NCBI GenBank assembly: GCA_973895155.1
Contig: OZ316898.1
Coordinates: 8,605,079-8,669,078, forward strand
Direction: 5' to 3'
Source of the DNA: Marsupella aquatica
Taxonomy: Eukaryota > Plantae > Marchantiophyta
DNA: 64,000 bases
In this document: positions 36,351 to 50,365 of the stretch, one piece after another
Layout: each line of letters starts with the position of its first letter
Numbering within the stretch: the stretch's first letter is position 1
Translations under genes and position numbers: made by a program
The notes under the pieces: generated by a model
Databases searched by the model: none
What the model was told of the DNA's origin: nothing
Seen by the model: only the letters and a program-made list of their open reading frames with translations

Positions 36351-39118
36351 TGCTGCTGGCTGCCCGCGCGGGGAGACGGACGAAAGGTACAGGCAGCCCG
36401 CCCGGGCGTTGGCCGCAGTCAACTCCGTGGGCAGTCCGTGACTGCCGCTCGATGGCCGCCACGTGCGGAAGGCGCCTCAGGAGTCCCCTGGATCCCCTCC
36501 ACGCCCCGACCCTCTGCCCGGCGCATCCGCTCCCCGACGCGTCCAGGTCGGACCACAGCCCGATTGCCCGGGATCCATCTTTCGCCTTACCCGCGATTTC
36601 CCATCACGGGCTGCGGGTCGGGGCCGTGCTGTACCTGATTTTTCTGGCTTCTAAGACCCGGTCCCCAGGGGAAACAAAATTATGCCGAGGGATATTCAGG
36701 TCTCGGATCATTTTTAGTTTTGGTTGTTCCTCGTACTCTTTTCGTTTTTCTTTTCTCTTTTCTTTATCTTTTCTCCGATTTATTATTATTTATTTTAATT
36801 TTTCCTTTGAATTCTTGCTATTCTTAGACCAGCCTGTGTTTTAACTGAAGTTCATGTTACGTCCGTATCCCTTTTGAACATAGTGTACACTCACGTACAA
36901 TCATGTGTATGGACTGTTTTTCGAGATCTTTTCAAAGGGGTAATAAAATAAATCGAGATGACACAGAGGGCCAAAAATTCCCTCCAATGACCAAAATTCT
37001 GCTCTCTTTTCTCATCTCATCTCATTAGTTTTGAGATAAGGGTCTAAGCAAGATGGCAACCATTTAGAGGGCCTTAACCTGCCTGCTTGTTCAGTGTAGG
37101 AGTGTCTTGGCCAATTGTATAAAAAGCGGGGCCAATTTTGCATTTTAGCAATACATGGAAATGGTCCCGACCATTTCTTACTATGGCAAGCCAAGCCCTT
37201 CATAACCCGTCCCACCATCCCAGCCGCTCTGTTTTTGCAGTAGTGTTCTAACCCAGACACCCAAAAAGTGCCCCATCCCAAAGATTCAGCTCCCCTAGTT
37301 CAGTCAAAAAGCTACTCGGGCAATAAATTGGCAAATTGAGCTTCCCTCCAAGATTAACTAAGTGGAAAACTCACTTGGATGATAGACCCCCAAAATCAAA
37401 AGTGCTACTTGATGGACCCATAAGGTTTTGGGTACCCTGATATAATGTCTATCAATGGTCTGGATCATTCATTGGATCCACAAATAATACTTGTCTTTGG
37501 GGTATACTTGAAGGACTCCCAAAATGGAGTGTTATTTGATAGACCCCATGAATGATCCAGACCCTTGATAGACTTTAAATAAATTTACACAAAATCTCAT
37601 GGGGCCTTATGGGGTCTAGGAAGCACCACTTCTCAATTGGGCTCCATTTAGGGATTTATCGAGTATATAATATAATATATCAGGGTCCATCAAATATGTC
37701 CTTTCTGAAAACTCGTGATGGGGAAAGAAATAATGGTATTTATGAACAGTGTTGACAATTTGAGTTGCTGCCCAATGCCGCGTACGAGAAATCACGCGAG
37801 GGTCAAGACCGCCAAGTCGCAAAAAGGCACCTGTGTGCGTATCCTGACCGCCCCTTATCCTTCCCCTCTGTAACTGCAATTGACGTTCCCGGTTACTTCC
37901 ATTAATTGATATTTATCGTTCAGACCCGGCTCGAAGGGCACCGCTGCCCAGAGAAGACCGGGTAAGCGTCACCATCGTCACTGCCCGTGCCCATATAATC
38001 TCGCTTTTGCGCGTGCCCGCGGGCTGCGAAACCTGCCCCCGGGCAGAGGAGAAATACCGGTCACGTCGAATCACGGTCGGTCGCGCGGGCAGCAGTTGTT
38101 CTAAGGTTTTTTCTTCTTTCCCGCCACGGTGGCCGCAAAAAAGTGAAGATGTTGAGAAGATTGATTATCCAATTTTTTGATAGTAATCTAGTGTTCGCCC
38201 TTTAGATCTCACTAGATTCAAGACTAACCCTCAAAATTCTCACTTGCTAGGTTGAAATGAACACAAATCTAGATCTAGATGTCTGGATCTAGATGTCTGG
38301 AATGAATTTTGACTGTTAGATATTACTAGATTTAAAGATAACTATCAGATCCTAATTTGACCAATCCAATCACTTGCTAGATAGGACCAAACCCACAAAA
38401 ACCTTGGCAATTTTTTGCCAAAAGTAAGGTATGCGTCTCAAATCTTTTTGTTATGCTTCCTGTGGCAGATAAGGGTGTTTCCCTGAAAAAAAAAATTGTA
38501 CACAAAAATGCTTGTAACCATTCTTCTGAATGAGTGCAGACCAAAACTGATCTTTTAAAGTCAGCTTTTTTTTCTCCCCATTCTTTTTGAGGCCTTAGAG
38601 AAGTGTAATTTGTGGAATATGCCCCCTAAAAAAACTGTCCGCCAGTGAAGGGCAAAGGGCTGGGCGGGCAGGATGAAGGGTAGAGGAAATCCAGGGCAGG
38701 GCAGGGCAGGGCAGGGCCGGGGCGACCGACGCCGGGCTGATGGGCGGAACGGGCTGGGGAAGCCGTACTGCGTACACGACAAAAAGACTGATGGCAGATT
38801 GACTTTTTCACCAGGGCAGGAGGGCAGCAGGCCGGACGGAAATTTGTTAGCACAGTGGGGTCATGATGTCATGAACTTCGGGGGATGAAGGACGGGCTGA
38901 TTATTAAAATAGTTTACTCGGATACATTTATAGTAAGTGGCCTCGTATTAGCATTTAACTCGCCCTCCACAGTGACTCAGTGAGGAGGCAGGAGCACAGT
39001 CACGAAAAAAGGGTCTGATGATGAGCTCTTAATTATTGTCTCTGCACACTCTATTTTCCCCTCAACACTCTGGTACATTTCATCGTGCTTACCCTGTTTT
39101 TAATGATAATTCTGTTCC

Positions 39119-39311
39119 TCAATTTGAACATGAGTTTATGGGGAACTGTTCGAGAAACTTGTTAGCCACACTTCTTTGCTACTGTCAATGCCACTTTGGG
39201 CAAGGAGAAGATGTCAATTTGAACATGAGTTTCTGGGGAACTGTTTGAGAAACTTGTTACCCACACTTCTTTGCTATTGTCAGGGGCCACTTTGGGCAAG
39301 GAGAAGATGTC
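39119..39311. repeat. About 95-bp direct duplication
   Basis: TCAATTTGAACATGAGTTT.TGGGGAACTGTT.GAGAAACTTGTTA.CCACACTTCTTTGCTA...GCCACTTTGGGCAAGGAGAAGATGTC occurs twice. Confidence 0.9.
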
Positions 39312-39313
39312 CA

Positions 39314-39640
39314 TAATTAGTGTGACTAACATTATTTCCATAGCGCACATTTTCAGGGTCTACTCACAAATTAATGTTAGTCACACTAATTTTGTGCTAA
39401 CACTATTTCCACGCACAAGAATTAATGTTATTATGGTCTCAAGAATGAAAAAAATAGAGAAAAAAACATTATTCAAAAAAGCCCACAACAATTAGTGTTA
39501 CTTTGGACTCAAGATAGTACTGTTTTACTAGCAATACAAACAAAAGTGGAAGAAAATTGTTCATAACAATGACAAAAATTGGTGTTACTTGGACTCAAAA
39601 TTATTTTTACCAAAAAATAATGTTAGTAACACTAATTTTA
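39314..39640 (-). mobile_element. Uninterrupted inverted copy of the 5.6-7.0 kb host repeat
   Basis: The reverse complement reads ...AATTAGTGTGACTAACATTAATTTGTGAGTAGACCCTGAAAAT..., the empty version of the 5861/6948 junction. Confidence 0.75.
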
Positions 39641-40659
39641 TACTAAAGCTAATTACGGTTAGCAGTGTAGATCTCCCTATATTTAAGGATAATCTTTCTA
39701 GTTTGGCACATTGGTCTTTAGGCGTGTCTGAGGTTAGGTAATGGAAGACCAAAAATCTCCCAATTCTTTGCCACTTGATAGTTTCACTAATCGTGTCTCT
39801 AGCCAAGTCAAGGGTTGGCTAATGGAAGACCACAATTCAGCAAATCCTAACCATAAGGACCCAAGACTTTTTATGGGAGGAGAAATCAGATTTCCCACTA
39901 ATGACAACGCTGACAGGTACTTGCCATATTCTTGATTACCATTTTGTTCTTCATTTGAACATGAGTTTTGGGGGACTTGGGTACATAACCTGAAGTTTTC
40001 TTGAGTCCGACCATTACAATTTTGCTTTAGCCCCATAAGCAAAGGTTATTCCCAGCATTCCCACTCTTCGCCATGGTCCGGTTCAGGCAGCGTTTGCATT
40101 TGGGGTGTTGGACACTCATCCCACTCTCAAGGCTTGAGCAAGCAGCATGCCATTTTGAGATTCGACAGTGATTTGACGTGGCCTTCCACCGGGACTATAC
40201 CATGGCTGGTGGAAATGCCTTAGACATAATATTTCCCATTTGAAGACAGACACTTATTTCCACAGAAAACTAGCAAGCTGGTTAAATATACTATTACAAA
40301 TTCAGGGGTTGCTTACACTAAGTGCAAGTCCTTTCATGATAGATAATTCTCATGTGAGACAGGAACTTATTTTTTCAACACTACAAATCTAAACCAATAT
40401 AGTTCAACCACGCTTGTCTATCCATGTAAAACACTGTATCATCTTTCGTTGGAAAAACAAGAATCTCTCTTAATTAATCTATCTGTTAACAAACGTCATT
40501 TCTAGCCAGCTGAACTTCTTTCCTTACGATGGAAGGATTTGGCATAAAGGGCACAAAGTGAAAGGACCCTCACAGCATTAATGAAAGTAGATCAACGATC
40601 CCAGTGAAACGTCCACCTTGGGACACGGGAGTGAACCGTTGATTGGTAGGCCTGATATC

Positions 40660-41610
40660 GTCCCCCTTCCTCACCATTCCTAAACCAAAGCAACTGCCCC
40701 ATTTATAGCATAACGTTAAACTTATAATTTCCTTCCTCAACATCCCTAAACCAACCAACCACCCCTTTAAGCACTACGCTCTTGTAGCCATTTCATACCC
40801 ACATCTCAAACCGGCACACCCAACCTCCCTTGCTTCGTTGAAAAAGGGGAGTTAAAGGAAAATAAATATATGACTTTGCCCTTTCCCCAAAAGAGGAAGG
40901 AAAATAAATAACTACCTAGACCACATCCAAAAACTACCCACCCAAAGCACTGTTTTTTTGTTTTTTCTTAATTAAAAGAGGAAGGAAACCGTTCAGAGAA
41001 AATAACAAATACCTCTGCCAAAATCCAAAACGTAAATGGAAAATAAGAAATATCCATCCAAACACTCCACGTTCCTAAACCAAGGAAGCATCCCCTTAAG
41101 CGCTACGCTAATTTAACCATTCCTTAATCACATCCCAAAGCCACCCACCTCAACCCCTTTTCCTTGTTTTGCTTTCTTAAAAAGAGTAACAAAACCTTGA
41201 ATGCAGAACAATAAATACCTTTGCCCTTTCCCCAATAAGGAAAAGTTAACAACCACCTAAACACCAACATCCCTAAACCACCAACCAACCCTTTAAAGTT
41301 TAAACACTACGCAAATCTAACCATCCCCTAACCACATCCAAAAACATCAAAACTTATCCCCTGTTTCCTGGAATTGCTCAATTAAAAAGGAAAAGAAAAC
41401 GTTCACTGCAACAGCAAAATATCCTTGTCCCAAACATAGAAAGGGAAAATAAATAACCACCCAAACTCTCAGCATCCCTAAACCACCTCTAGAACCACCA
41501 CGCTAATTTTAGCCCTTCATTAACCACATCCAAAAACCACCAAACCGGGAAACAGGACTTTGCCCTTTTCCCAAAAAACGCAATGGGAAAGAAATTACCA
41601 CCAAAACATA
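40660..41610. repeat. Degenerate A/C-rich tandem repeat region
   Basis: Recurring CATCCCTAAACCA, CACTACGC, ACCACATCCAAAAA and CTTTGCCCTTT(T)CCC motifs. Confidence 0.6.
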
Positions 41611-44600
41611 AACGACGTCACGGAATCATCTGCAGATTTTACTAATGTCACAGCTAGAATATGAATCACCGATCAGGTTATCTACCTAACTAACTAAGTT
41701 AGCGAGGGGTCGAGCGCCACATCCTAACCCTAGCCAAACCTACTGTGGCTAGGCTGTCCTGGCGGCTGTGCTAGTCTGCGGTGGGGCTAAACTAGGCCGG
41801 AGCCGCCGAGCGACTCGGTTTTGGGAAATGGGGACCAACGCCTCCTAATTAACACGGATTAGGCCTAATCGAATCCCGATGAATGACGTCATTACCGTGT
41901 GAGACTGTGAGGGGGTAAAACGGGGGTGGAAACCGACTTTTTAAGGTCTGGGCGTTCCAAAGCGGCCATGTCCTGTTTAGCCGCTAATTCGCTACATTTT
42001 GAATTAATACAGTTTAGCAATTTCATCCACTTCTCTCTCTTTTTTTGGACTATGAAATGGAGTAGAGGGGGATTTTGGGTTCGTATTAATATGTTGTTCA
42101 ATTGTACATGTTGTTGTTTTGTCTTGTGGGCTGTTATGTGAGCTGTTATGAGAGAAGGTTTGAAATTTGAAAATTGTTAGGGAGTGCAGTTTGATTGAAG
42201 CACTGATATTCACGGATTCGTTTTGGTATTTTGGTGCATTTCTTGTATATCTGATCTCGAGCCTTTCAATATCATAATTGCATTGTCTGCATGTCAAAAG
42301 TATTCACTGGGTATGAGAGGAAAGAAGACAAAATAAAAGGTGCAGCCATAGTGGAGTTTATGTTCTTTGGGTCCAGAAGAGGATGGGAAATCTAGACTAT
42401 GATTCACTTTGGAAGTTTATGTTGCTTCATGACCTACTGTATATCACAGTGCCAAAAGGGCAAAAAAGGCCTAACCTGGAGACAGGATCCCAATGGTTCA
42501 GCAGCCAATGAAGGGGAGGAAAAGAGGGGAATAAAGACAAAGACAAAAAAAATGGTAACTTACTCTGTAAATTAAAACCATAGACTATAATTTCAATGGT
42601 GACAGAAATTTTCATATATAGGCTATGCTTCTGAGTACACCCAGGCATAAGGAGTCTGGGTGTGTGAAGCCTTTTGTGCATATGCATGGGTACTCAAGCC
42701 AGTACTTATATAGGGAAACCTCCGTTTCAAAGCTGACACGAGGCTACAAATACGAGGGCTATCCGCACCTGCTAGACAGTTGCAGGCAAGGAAAACCCCT
42801 CGCAAAAGACAGATAACTACAATACAACTGACCGTTATTTTAATTTTCTTTCATTATTTGGTAGCCTGCAATTGAGGGGGCAGAGAAATGTAGAGTGAGT
42901 GGAGCTGTCAGGTTAAAGTATTGCAGAAGCTGGAAAAGTATCAGCTTATTATGAGTTGGGACGTCCAAGCCTGTAAGCCGAGGGGGCCCATCCACCATCA
43001 ACAAAAATAAATAAATTACATAAGCTCAATTGGGAGTGGGAGTGAGGTCACAGGCCTTTCCATATGGCTGCTGCTCATAAGGCCAGATTGAATGGCTTCT
43101 GGTACCATACGAGTTTGCCAGCCGGCTCCAGTGCATAAGCCCAAATGAGAGAAGAGATGAGATCTTCATATTATTTGTATGTTTCTCCATCTTATTATGC
43201 ACACTTTATTTTATTATGAATTGGTTTGTAATGTATTCTGTGTATTTCTTTTTTGTTAATGTATACTTTGTAATCGCTATCTTTTCGACTTTTGGGGTCC
43301 TTGCATAAAAGAAAAAGGGGGCCAAATATATCCAAAGTGAACCTTTTTTACGCTTGACCTTTTTCTCACAATTCAAGTAGAGAACTTGGGGGCACAAAAT
43401 AATAGTCACCTTTCACCCATTGAAAAGATGAGGTCAACTAGATAAAGCAGAATTAAACTCAGGAGCTCAAATGTGTCAGGTCTGGAGAAGTTAAATGCGA
43501 AGACCCTGACTAGAAATGGACAATTTGGTCAGTTACTTAGACAACCTTAAGAGGTGGTCTAACTTTTTCATAAAAGGCCTGGCCACACCAGCAAAAACAA
43601 GGGACCCACCAGCAAGGAGCAATGATCTTGCTAGGTTGTGCCACAATTTCATGTAAAGTGAAGTCTGCTCAGTTCCCACATTTGAAGGGATATGATAATT
43701 GCATCTCAAATAAAAGTGCTCTGCCTCTGAAATCTTGTAAAGAGTCCCTCAGACCTCAAACAGAAACTCAAGGAGTGACATAAATGTACTCTCAAAATAA
43801 TTGGATCCTGACAGGCAATGGAATGAAAACCTTGAAGAGAACGAGAAACTGTCCTCTTCCTTGCACCAAGCCTTCATGTTGAAAAGGCACAAGTACGTGG
43901 TCATTTTTTTGTACTTAATTGGTTTTGTGCCCCTAGAATGTTTAATTCTCTCCTTCCTTTTCCTTTGGCAGGCATCATACATGCTTTTCCCAACCCACTC
44001 AAACAGGGTCGATTCAATCCTCCCTTTCGGTTGCTTTTGGAGGAGTTTTGATGCCCTTTTGATTGGTGGAATTCCTTCTTACTTTAGATTGACAAAGTTT
44101 GCAATGGCAGAAGTGGATCTTCAGATGTTAATAATTTAAAATGTGGAAAGGGGGTCTGGGCGAAATAATGGTCCATCTTTTTTAAGAAACTTTTCAGCTG
44201 GGTACGGATTCAAACATCTCTAGATTTGGCCGGCTCGTTGCCCGAGAAGCACAACACCAAAAAAAACCCTGTTTATGCAAAATTCAGGCGAGATGATGTG
44301 AAAAATGCCATAATGCAATTCCCACACGTCAATTGCTAAACAATCACACATCTGGTCCTACTTGATGGAATGTTTTTCACTCTTCTGAGCCACGTTGGGA
44401 ATGTTGAATGTCATTTTGGGAAAGCAACATAAGAATAGAATTCACTCACAAACACACACGAGACCACACCTAATAGTACCAGTAACCGTGTTTTTTGGTC
44501 GTGTCTTTGGATGGGGAAACACATTTCTCACATGCCCTTGAAAGGGAGACCAGCAATGCTAAAGGGGAAACCTAGTTGATTAATAGATTAAAGTTAGATA

Positions 44601-45499
44601 TCTATTTTGGGGAGTGGGGACCCTTCCATTTTATACTTTTTGTTGAAAGCAGTCCAAACGGATTGACTCTTTTTCAAAGCCATCAGTCTTTCCGTAGGAG
44701 GCCCACCTTATTATAGGGCCACACGCCTATATGATAGATGTATGAATGTACCGTGAGTATCTTCGAGTGAAAAAGTGGTGGTCGACAACTTGACGACAAG
44801 AGTACAATTGTTCCCCACCTTTGTCGCCTTCAGGTGACTTCCACTAAGGTGATATGGAATTATGGATGGCCTCCATTTGCTCCATATATGCTGCAACTTT
44901 TTTTAAATACTATGGGGCAGCTAGAATACAAGACTAGGATTTACTTTATAGAAAAGACTTCATGGGGGGCCCATCAGGGAAAAGGTGCTCAAGGAGTCCC
45001 CTTGTATGAAAGGGACTTCCTGGGGCCCTTGTCCCTGCAGCCCAGCCCTCCACAATCCTTCTGTTGGTAGATCTACACAGGTGTAGGTAACGCAAATTCC
45101 ACCAGCAATGCAACCTTGCAGTGGAGCTTTGTTCAACTATAGGCAACCAAGTTGACTGGCATGAGCTCTATTTTCTCTCTTGCAAGCAAGTCTAACACAC
45201 ACAGAAACAGGCATATTAAGCACTCAGTCATAAAATTGTGAGTAGAAATGGAGGTTTCTTCCACCTTGACCCTAACCCTTCTGTGGACCATGACCCTGCA
45301 CAGCATGACCCTAACAAACACAGTTCCTAAACAAACACAGGCTCACAATGACTGGGTCGCATGAAGTTTTCCCATGACTCGAAAGAAGAGAAGGCCAGGC
45401 TCCAGGACGAGGGGGGCTTAGGAAATTCCTTTTAAAGAAAAACTACTTGTCAGGTGCTATTTCTCCAACAAGAACCTCATGGACTCTTCTGTTGGTGTA

Positions 45500-45680
45500 G
45501 AAATGGATTGCCCTGATGCCCTGATTTCTCTCTTGTGCTATGTAGATTGAGGTTTACCTGGTCCCAGCTCGTAGTGAATAGAAACTTGGTAGGCCATGAG
45601 AAGGAGCCTGGTTTTCTGTATGTTAAGGCTTCATGGTCCAAAGGGTTCCTTTATCAACTGATCATTGATACTTAAGACAG
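45500..45680 (-). mobile_element. Possible highly degenerate LINE ORF2 fragment
   Basis: Frameshifted minus-strand peptides APSHGLPSFY and SWDQV resemble the KAPGPDGxxxEFY...WD motif that precedes LINE reverse transcriptase. Weak match. Confidence 0.25.
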
Positions 45681-47987
45681 AAGCTAGCTAGCTGCGTACC
45701 GTGTCATGTTCCAGAGTGGTCCTGGATGTGGGTTCTTGTGGTCCATCCAAGGATCTCGTCAAACATAGTGGTCTATGGGAACTTCAAATTCTTGAATTTT
45801 CAAACATTAGGCCTGACAAGGAGGCAAGAACTTGGCCAGGTAATAATTAAATGGTTGGTGTTAAGTGGGTCCCCACTTCTCCGTCCAACCAGCTACATGG
45901 TTGTTTCCCCCTTGTTTTAAAAACATATTTTAGCGCCATTTTACAAAAACCTCATGCCCCAATTTGCTCCTAGTATAACGCTTATTGCATGTTCCTGAGC
46001 ATCGATCCACAGGATCCCAAGGGTATCAAGTGGATCCTAATGGATCGAGTTGGACCCATGGAGGTGGTTGCTGTTGGGAAAAACCATTGTCCAAGATCGA
46101 CACAAGAGTCACATCAACAATGCACAAGCCAACAACTCATGCACATTCACCATGAGACTACACAGTATATAAGTGGTTCACCCGGGTGGGCTATGTCCAC
46201 TGTAGTTGAGGAAATCACTAATGATCAAATCATACATGATCCACCATAGCCTCCTCCATGGAGCTCCAAGGCGTATCTCCCCTCTAGGTCTTTCATTGAA
46301 AACCTCACTATGTAGAATGAGTTCCACACTGGAACTCTCTAAGGTATTATGCCTACTCGAGTGAGTCACTCCACAAATTGTGCTAGTGTCTAACTAGAGC
46401 TAATGCTAACCGCAGTTAGCCCAGTACAGGGTAGAGACAATACCTAACAGTTGCTAGAGTCAAGGCCGAACTGGCCCCGACGCTTGGGACAAAATTTAGG
46501 ACAGGTTAGCTGGAGGCAAGGCGGTCAGTCTGTGATCATGATAGAAAGTGGGAAGTTTGGGCAGCACCCAATAGAGGGGTTGTTCTGGACGAACAATTGG
46601 TGACAACCTTACCTTTAGCTTATGGCAAGGCCAAGGCATGGGGGTTTGAAAGGATTTATTCGCTCACTTACTTGCTAGAAATTGTTGAATTTGAGACAAG
46701 CCAAGGGTCTTGGGGATCTAAGTTCAAGACAGATTACTTCCAGATGGGGTTGATTGCTTGTGCAAATAGGAGGGGCTATTGAGCAATGTTCGTGCTGAGC
46801 AGCAAATGCAACTTCAAATGGGAGTTATGGCTAGCGGTGATAGAAGCACCAAGTTACTTACTCATGGAGTTCCGTGGAGGCATTCGACACCAGGACTACT
46901 TAGGCAAAGTAGTACTGGATGTGGTGAGGGCACCGGGTGGCTTGGTCCATCAGTATATGGCATGACCCCATGCCTACTATTCCACTGCAAGCTCCAAGTA
47001 CAAATGTACTTGATGATGCCTTAGTCAGTGGTAAATTGGTTTACAGTTCTTAGCTGCAAATATTTAGTTTAATTTACTTGCATTCAGACTTCTGAGGTTT
47101 GCAATTGTCCAACCTACATTTTCTTAGACTACTTTATTTGGCAATTCGCTGATACCTAGCTGAAGCATGTGCTTGTAGCCTATTTCAACAAGACAAACAC
47201 CTTCTAATTTTTGTGAGGCTATCTTGTTTGAAATTTAATTACTTGCATTTTCGGTGATTTTACTTTCTTCCAGACTTTTATATGTGTCCAAATTGATGTT
47301 TCGGGACCAAAGAGTTTTCTTTGTCTACTTTTCCTGCAACTGACTTGTACCTATCTTTATTATTTCAGACTGCTAAAGAACAAAAGACCCAACCTTGCCA
47401 GAACACAATGTTGTGGGCCTACTTTGACAAAAAAACACTCCTTTCTGGGACATTTTGCCTCCTCTAATTTTCTGTCAGGCTATCATGTCCAAAATATAAT
47501 CTCCATCTCCTCCTCGCATATTTTTCTTGCCCACTATAAACTTTTCAGAGGTAGACTTTGGTGCTTGTATCAAATTTGAATTAATTATTATTTTCACAAA
47601 CAAAATCACAACTACTTGGGCTTGGGAGGTCTGGTTTTGGTGCTTGGAATCAATTCTTCTAATTACTTTATTATTTTCAAGAACCAAATGAGTAGTACTC
47701 CTTTCCTGGGAGGTGGACCGTGGACAGTGGCAGACCATTTAAAACTAGCCTGAATGCCAATTCTTTTAATGTTGACATCATTGAAGAATTATCATACAAT
47801 ATCATCATTTTGACATATTTAACTACAACCCATCTTTCTTTGCATCCACATATATTTTGTGGGGCCCTAGAGACATAGTCCTGAGCCTTCACTCTAGAAG
47901 CCGAGACCCCAACTCTAGCTTTTCATCACAATTAGTTACATAGATTACCCACCCAATGTCTTTGCATTGCAAGGTATTGTTGAGTAT

Positions 47988-48828
47988 TATTTACGGACCC
48001 CACTAGAGGTCCCTTCCAAAATTCCTGGCACCACAGCGTGCCACATCAACAACAACCGCAACAAACAAGACTTGTCGGTTTTGTGAATCAAACTTATAGT
48101 TTTCATTTGTGTTTGTGTCAATTTGGGTGTAAATTTTGGGACGCCGTGCCATAAAAAGAAAAGTAAAAACATTGGAAATGCAAAGAGCAAGACGATTAAA
48201 ACTGTCACTATGTAACCGTTTTAGTTACATTTCCAACTTTAAAACTTAAATTCAAAGATTTATAAAAAGTATTTTTCATATAATAAATAATAACTAATAA
48301 CTAACTTGATAACTTCCTTGTTAAACCGCAACTCCTGGTATGTAAGGACCTCTCGTATTGTATGGCCATTAATGCTGGGAAGAGCACATAGAAACCCAGG
48401 ATCGGGGAGGAGGAATGGCTGGAATCTTGAAAGTTCATCGAATTTTATACTCAAAACTATTTACTCATTCTCAAAACAAAAAAATACCCAATCGTAGATC
48501 TCGTTGAGATATTTCCTTTGCACCCTAGATCGCCTTCTAACATGGATGAATAAGATTTCTAGAGGCATTACAAAATGGATGGCAAAGATCGTAAATCAAC
48601 AAAATGGACGGCTAGGAAGGCTTGGATTTGTTTTATTTTTCATTTGAAAAATATTAACCCATTTGAAAAACGGACAGAACCCATCCATACATCTATTTGA
48701 GATCTTTCTTTTGAGCCATAGATTGGCCATTATGATGGACGGACGAGATTTCCGGAGATAAGAAATGGAGACGGCTCAGATCGACTCTTCCCCCTGATTT
48801 CATTAGCCAAGGGGTCCACGAACTAATT
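47988..48828 (+). mobile_element. Non-autonomous element bounded by TA(A/T)TT, copy B
   Basis: Starts TATTTACGGACCCC...GTGCCACATCA and ends TAGCCAAGGGGTCCACGAACTAATT. Confidence 0.75.
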
Positions 48829-49130
48829 TGAGGCTGCTAGATATGGGGGGGGATACTCTTTGGCTATCTTGTCTTATTCAATTGCTTGTAATATAGTTTT
48901 ATGTAAATCAAGTCTAATCTATACTTTTTCATGTATGATAAGGAAATTAGTCATTCCTACTGGACACTTAAATTTTTTCATTCCTTAGATTTTATTAAGT
49001 TCCCTAAATTTATTATCTATCTCAAGGGCATTTTATTTTACTTGCATGAGAAAGTTCTACACTTCAACCAGGTAACTAGGACTCTATTTATTGGTGCAGT
49101 GCAACTCATATGTCCATTGATAATAAAGTT

Positions 49131-49835
49131 CAGCTGTTTATCAACCTGTCCCCCTAAGTTGCCTAAATCTCTACGGTGTCCCCCAAACCTTATATGGGTT
49201 AGTACTAACCCAACAACAGGTCCCCACTGCCAGATGTCAAGGCATGATTGGCCTGAACTAACCTGCCCAAGCTAAGCTTCCCCCTCCCTATGGCCGCCTG
49301 TAACTTTGGATTTGAGACGTTTTTTTCTTTGTGAAGAAAAGGGCAAGAAAATGCAGGGAAAAATGAGGTACAGAGTGACAACTTTGTTGCGCCTCTGTGT
49401 GTAAACCCTAGGGGTGAACTAAGGTTGCTGCTGCTCAAAGGTCGAGAGTGAACTCAAGGTATGACACTGCCAAAAGTGGGGAGGCAAATGTGTAAACATT
49501 TGCAACAATGTTTCCTTTGTAAAATCGGGGCCAGGAAGTAAATGCTGCATTCTCAGGCTGCGTTAAGTGGGGAGGGCTGCGTACTCGGGCTGCGCTTCCA
49601 CCCGGGTCTGAAGCAAAGTGAAGCCTGCTTCCAAAATGGGCCACCACAGGGAGGGGGAAGCTTAACTTGGGCAGGTTAGTCCGGGGCAATCATGCCTTGA
49701 CATCTGGCATTGGGAACCCAAAGTTGGGTTAGTACTAACCCGTATACGGTATGGGGGGCAGGGAAGCAAATAAATTTGTTTGGGGAACACCTCAGAGATT
49801 TAGGCAAGTTAGGGGGACAGGTTGATAAAGAGCTG
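49131..49835. mobile_element. Non-autonomous long-TIR (foldback) DNA transposon
   Basis: The arm at 49131-49295 (about 165 bp) is the reverse complement of about 49640-49835, e.g. TTTATCAACCTGTCCCCCTAA.TTGCCTAAATCTCT and TGCCAGATGTCAAGGCATGATTG. Confidence 0.9.
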
Positions 49836-50032
49836 GTATGAAGTTTTATGGATCAAGAGGTGTCACCTAAATAAGGGGCCTCTCCAAATAGAGTAGAATT
49901 AAAAAGAAACAAAGTTTACCATACTTCTTTGTGAATTACAAAGCGTTGTACAAATAGTGCATTCAGATTAATGCACTTGTGTCTACCAGAAAGTGTTGTA
50001 ACTCTCTCACATGTCAAAAAGTATTTCAATAT

Positions 50033-50365
50033 TAGTGTTTCATAAACTAGTCAAATTAAAGTGTCTCCTCACATGAATTATTATAATCATTGTTTCAGTT
50101 CTTTTGGATAAGTCAAAATAAGCATCTACGAGGATGAACGTGCTATTTTGCTAGTTAGTGAGGTTGATAGGGAGTGTCTTTGAGCAAAAGTTAAATGGCC
50201 AACTAGTGTTTCATAAACTAGTAAAATTAAAATGTCTCCTCACATGAACTATTATAATGATTGTTTCAATTTTTTTTTGGATAAGTCAAAACAGGCATCT
50301 AGTAGGATGAACATGCTATATTTGATTTGATAGTTAGTGAGGTTGAGAGGAAGTGTCTTTGAGCA
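50033..50365. repeat. About 170-bp diverged tandem duplication
   Basis: TAGTGTTTCATAAACTAGT...TGTCTCCTCACATGAA...TTGGATAAGTCAAAA...AGTGTCTTTGAGCA occurs twice. Confidence 0.9.

Noticed and set aside
35831-36844. 337-aa and 227-aa ORFs on the plus strand
   Set aside because: They are translations of microsatellites and GC-rich promoter sequence, with low complexity and no domain.
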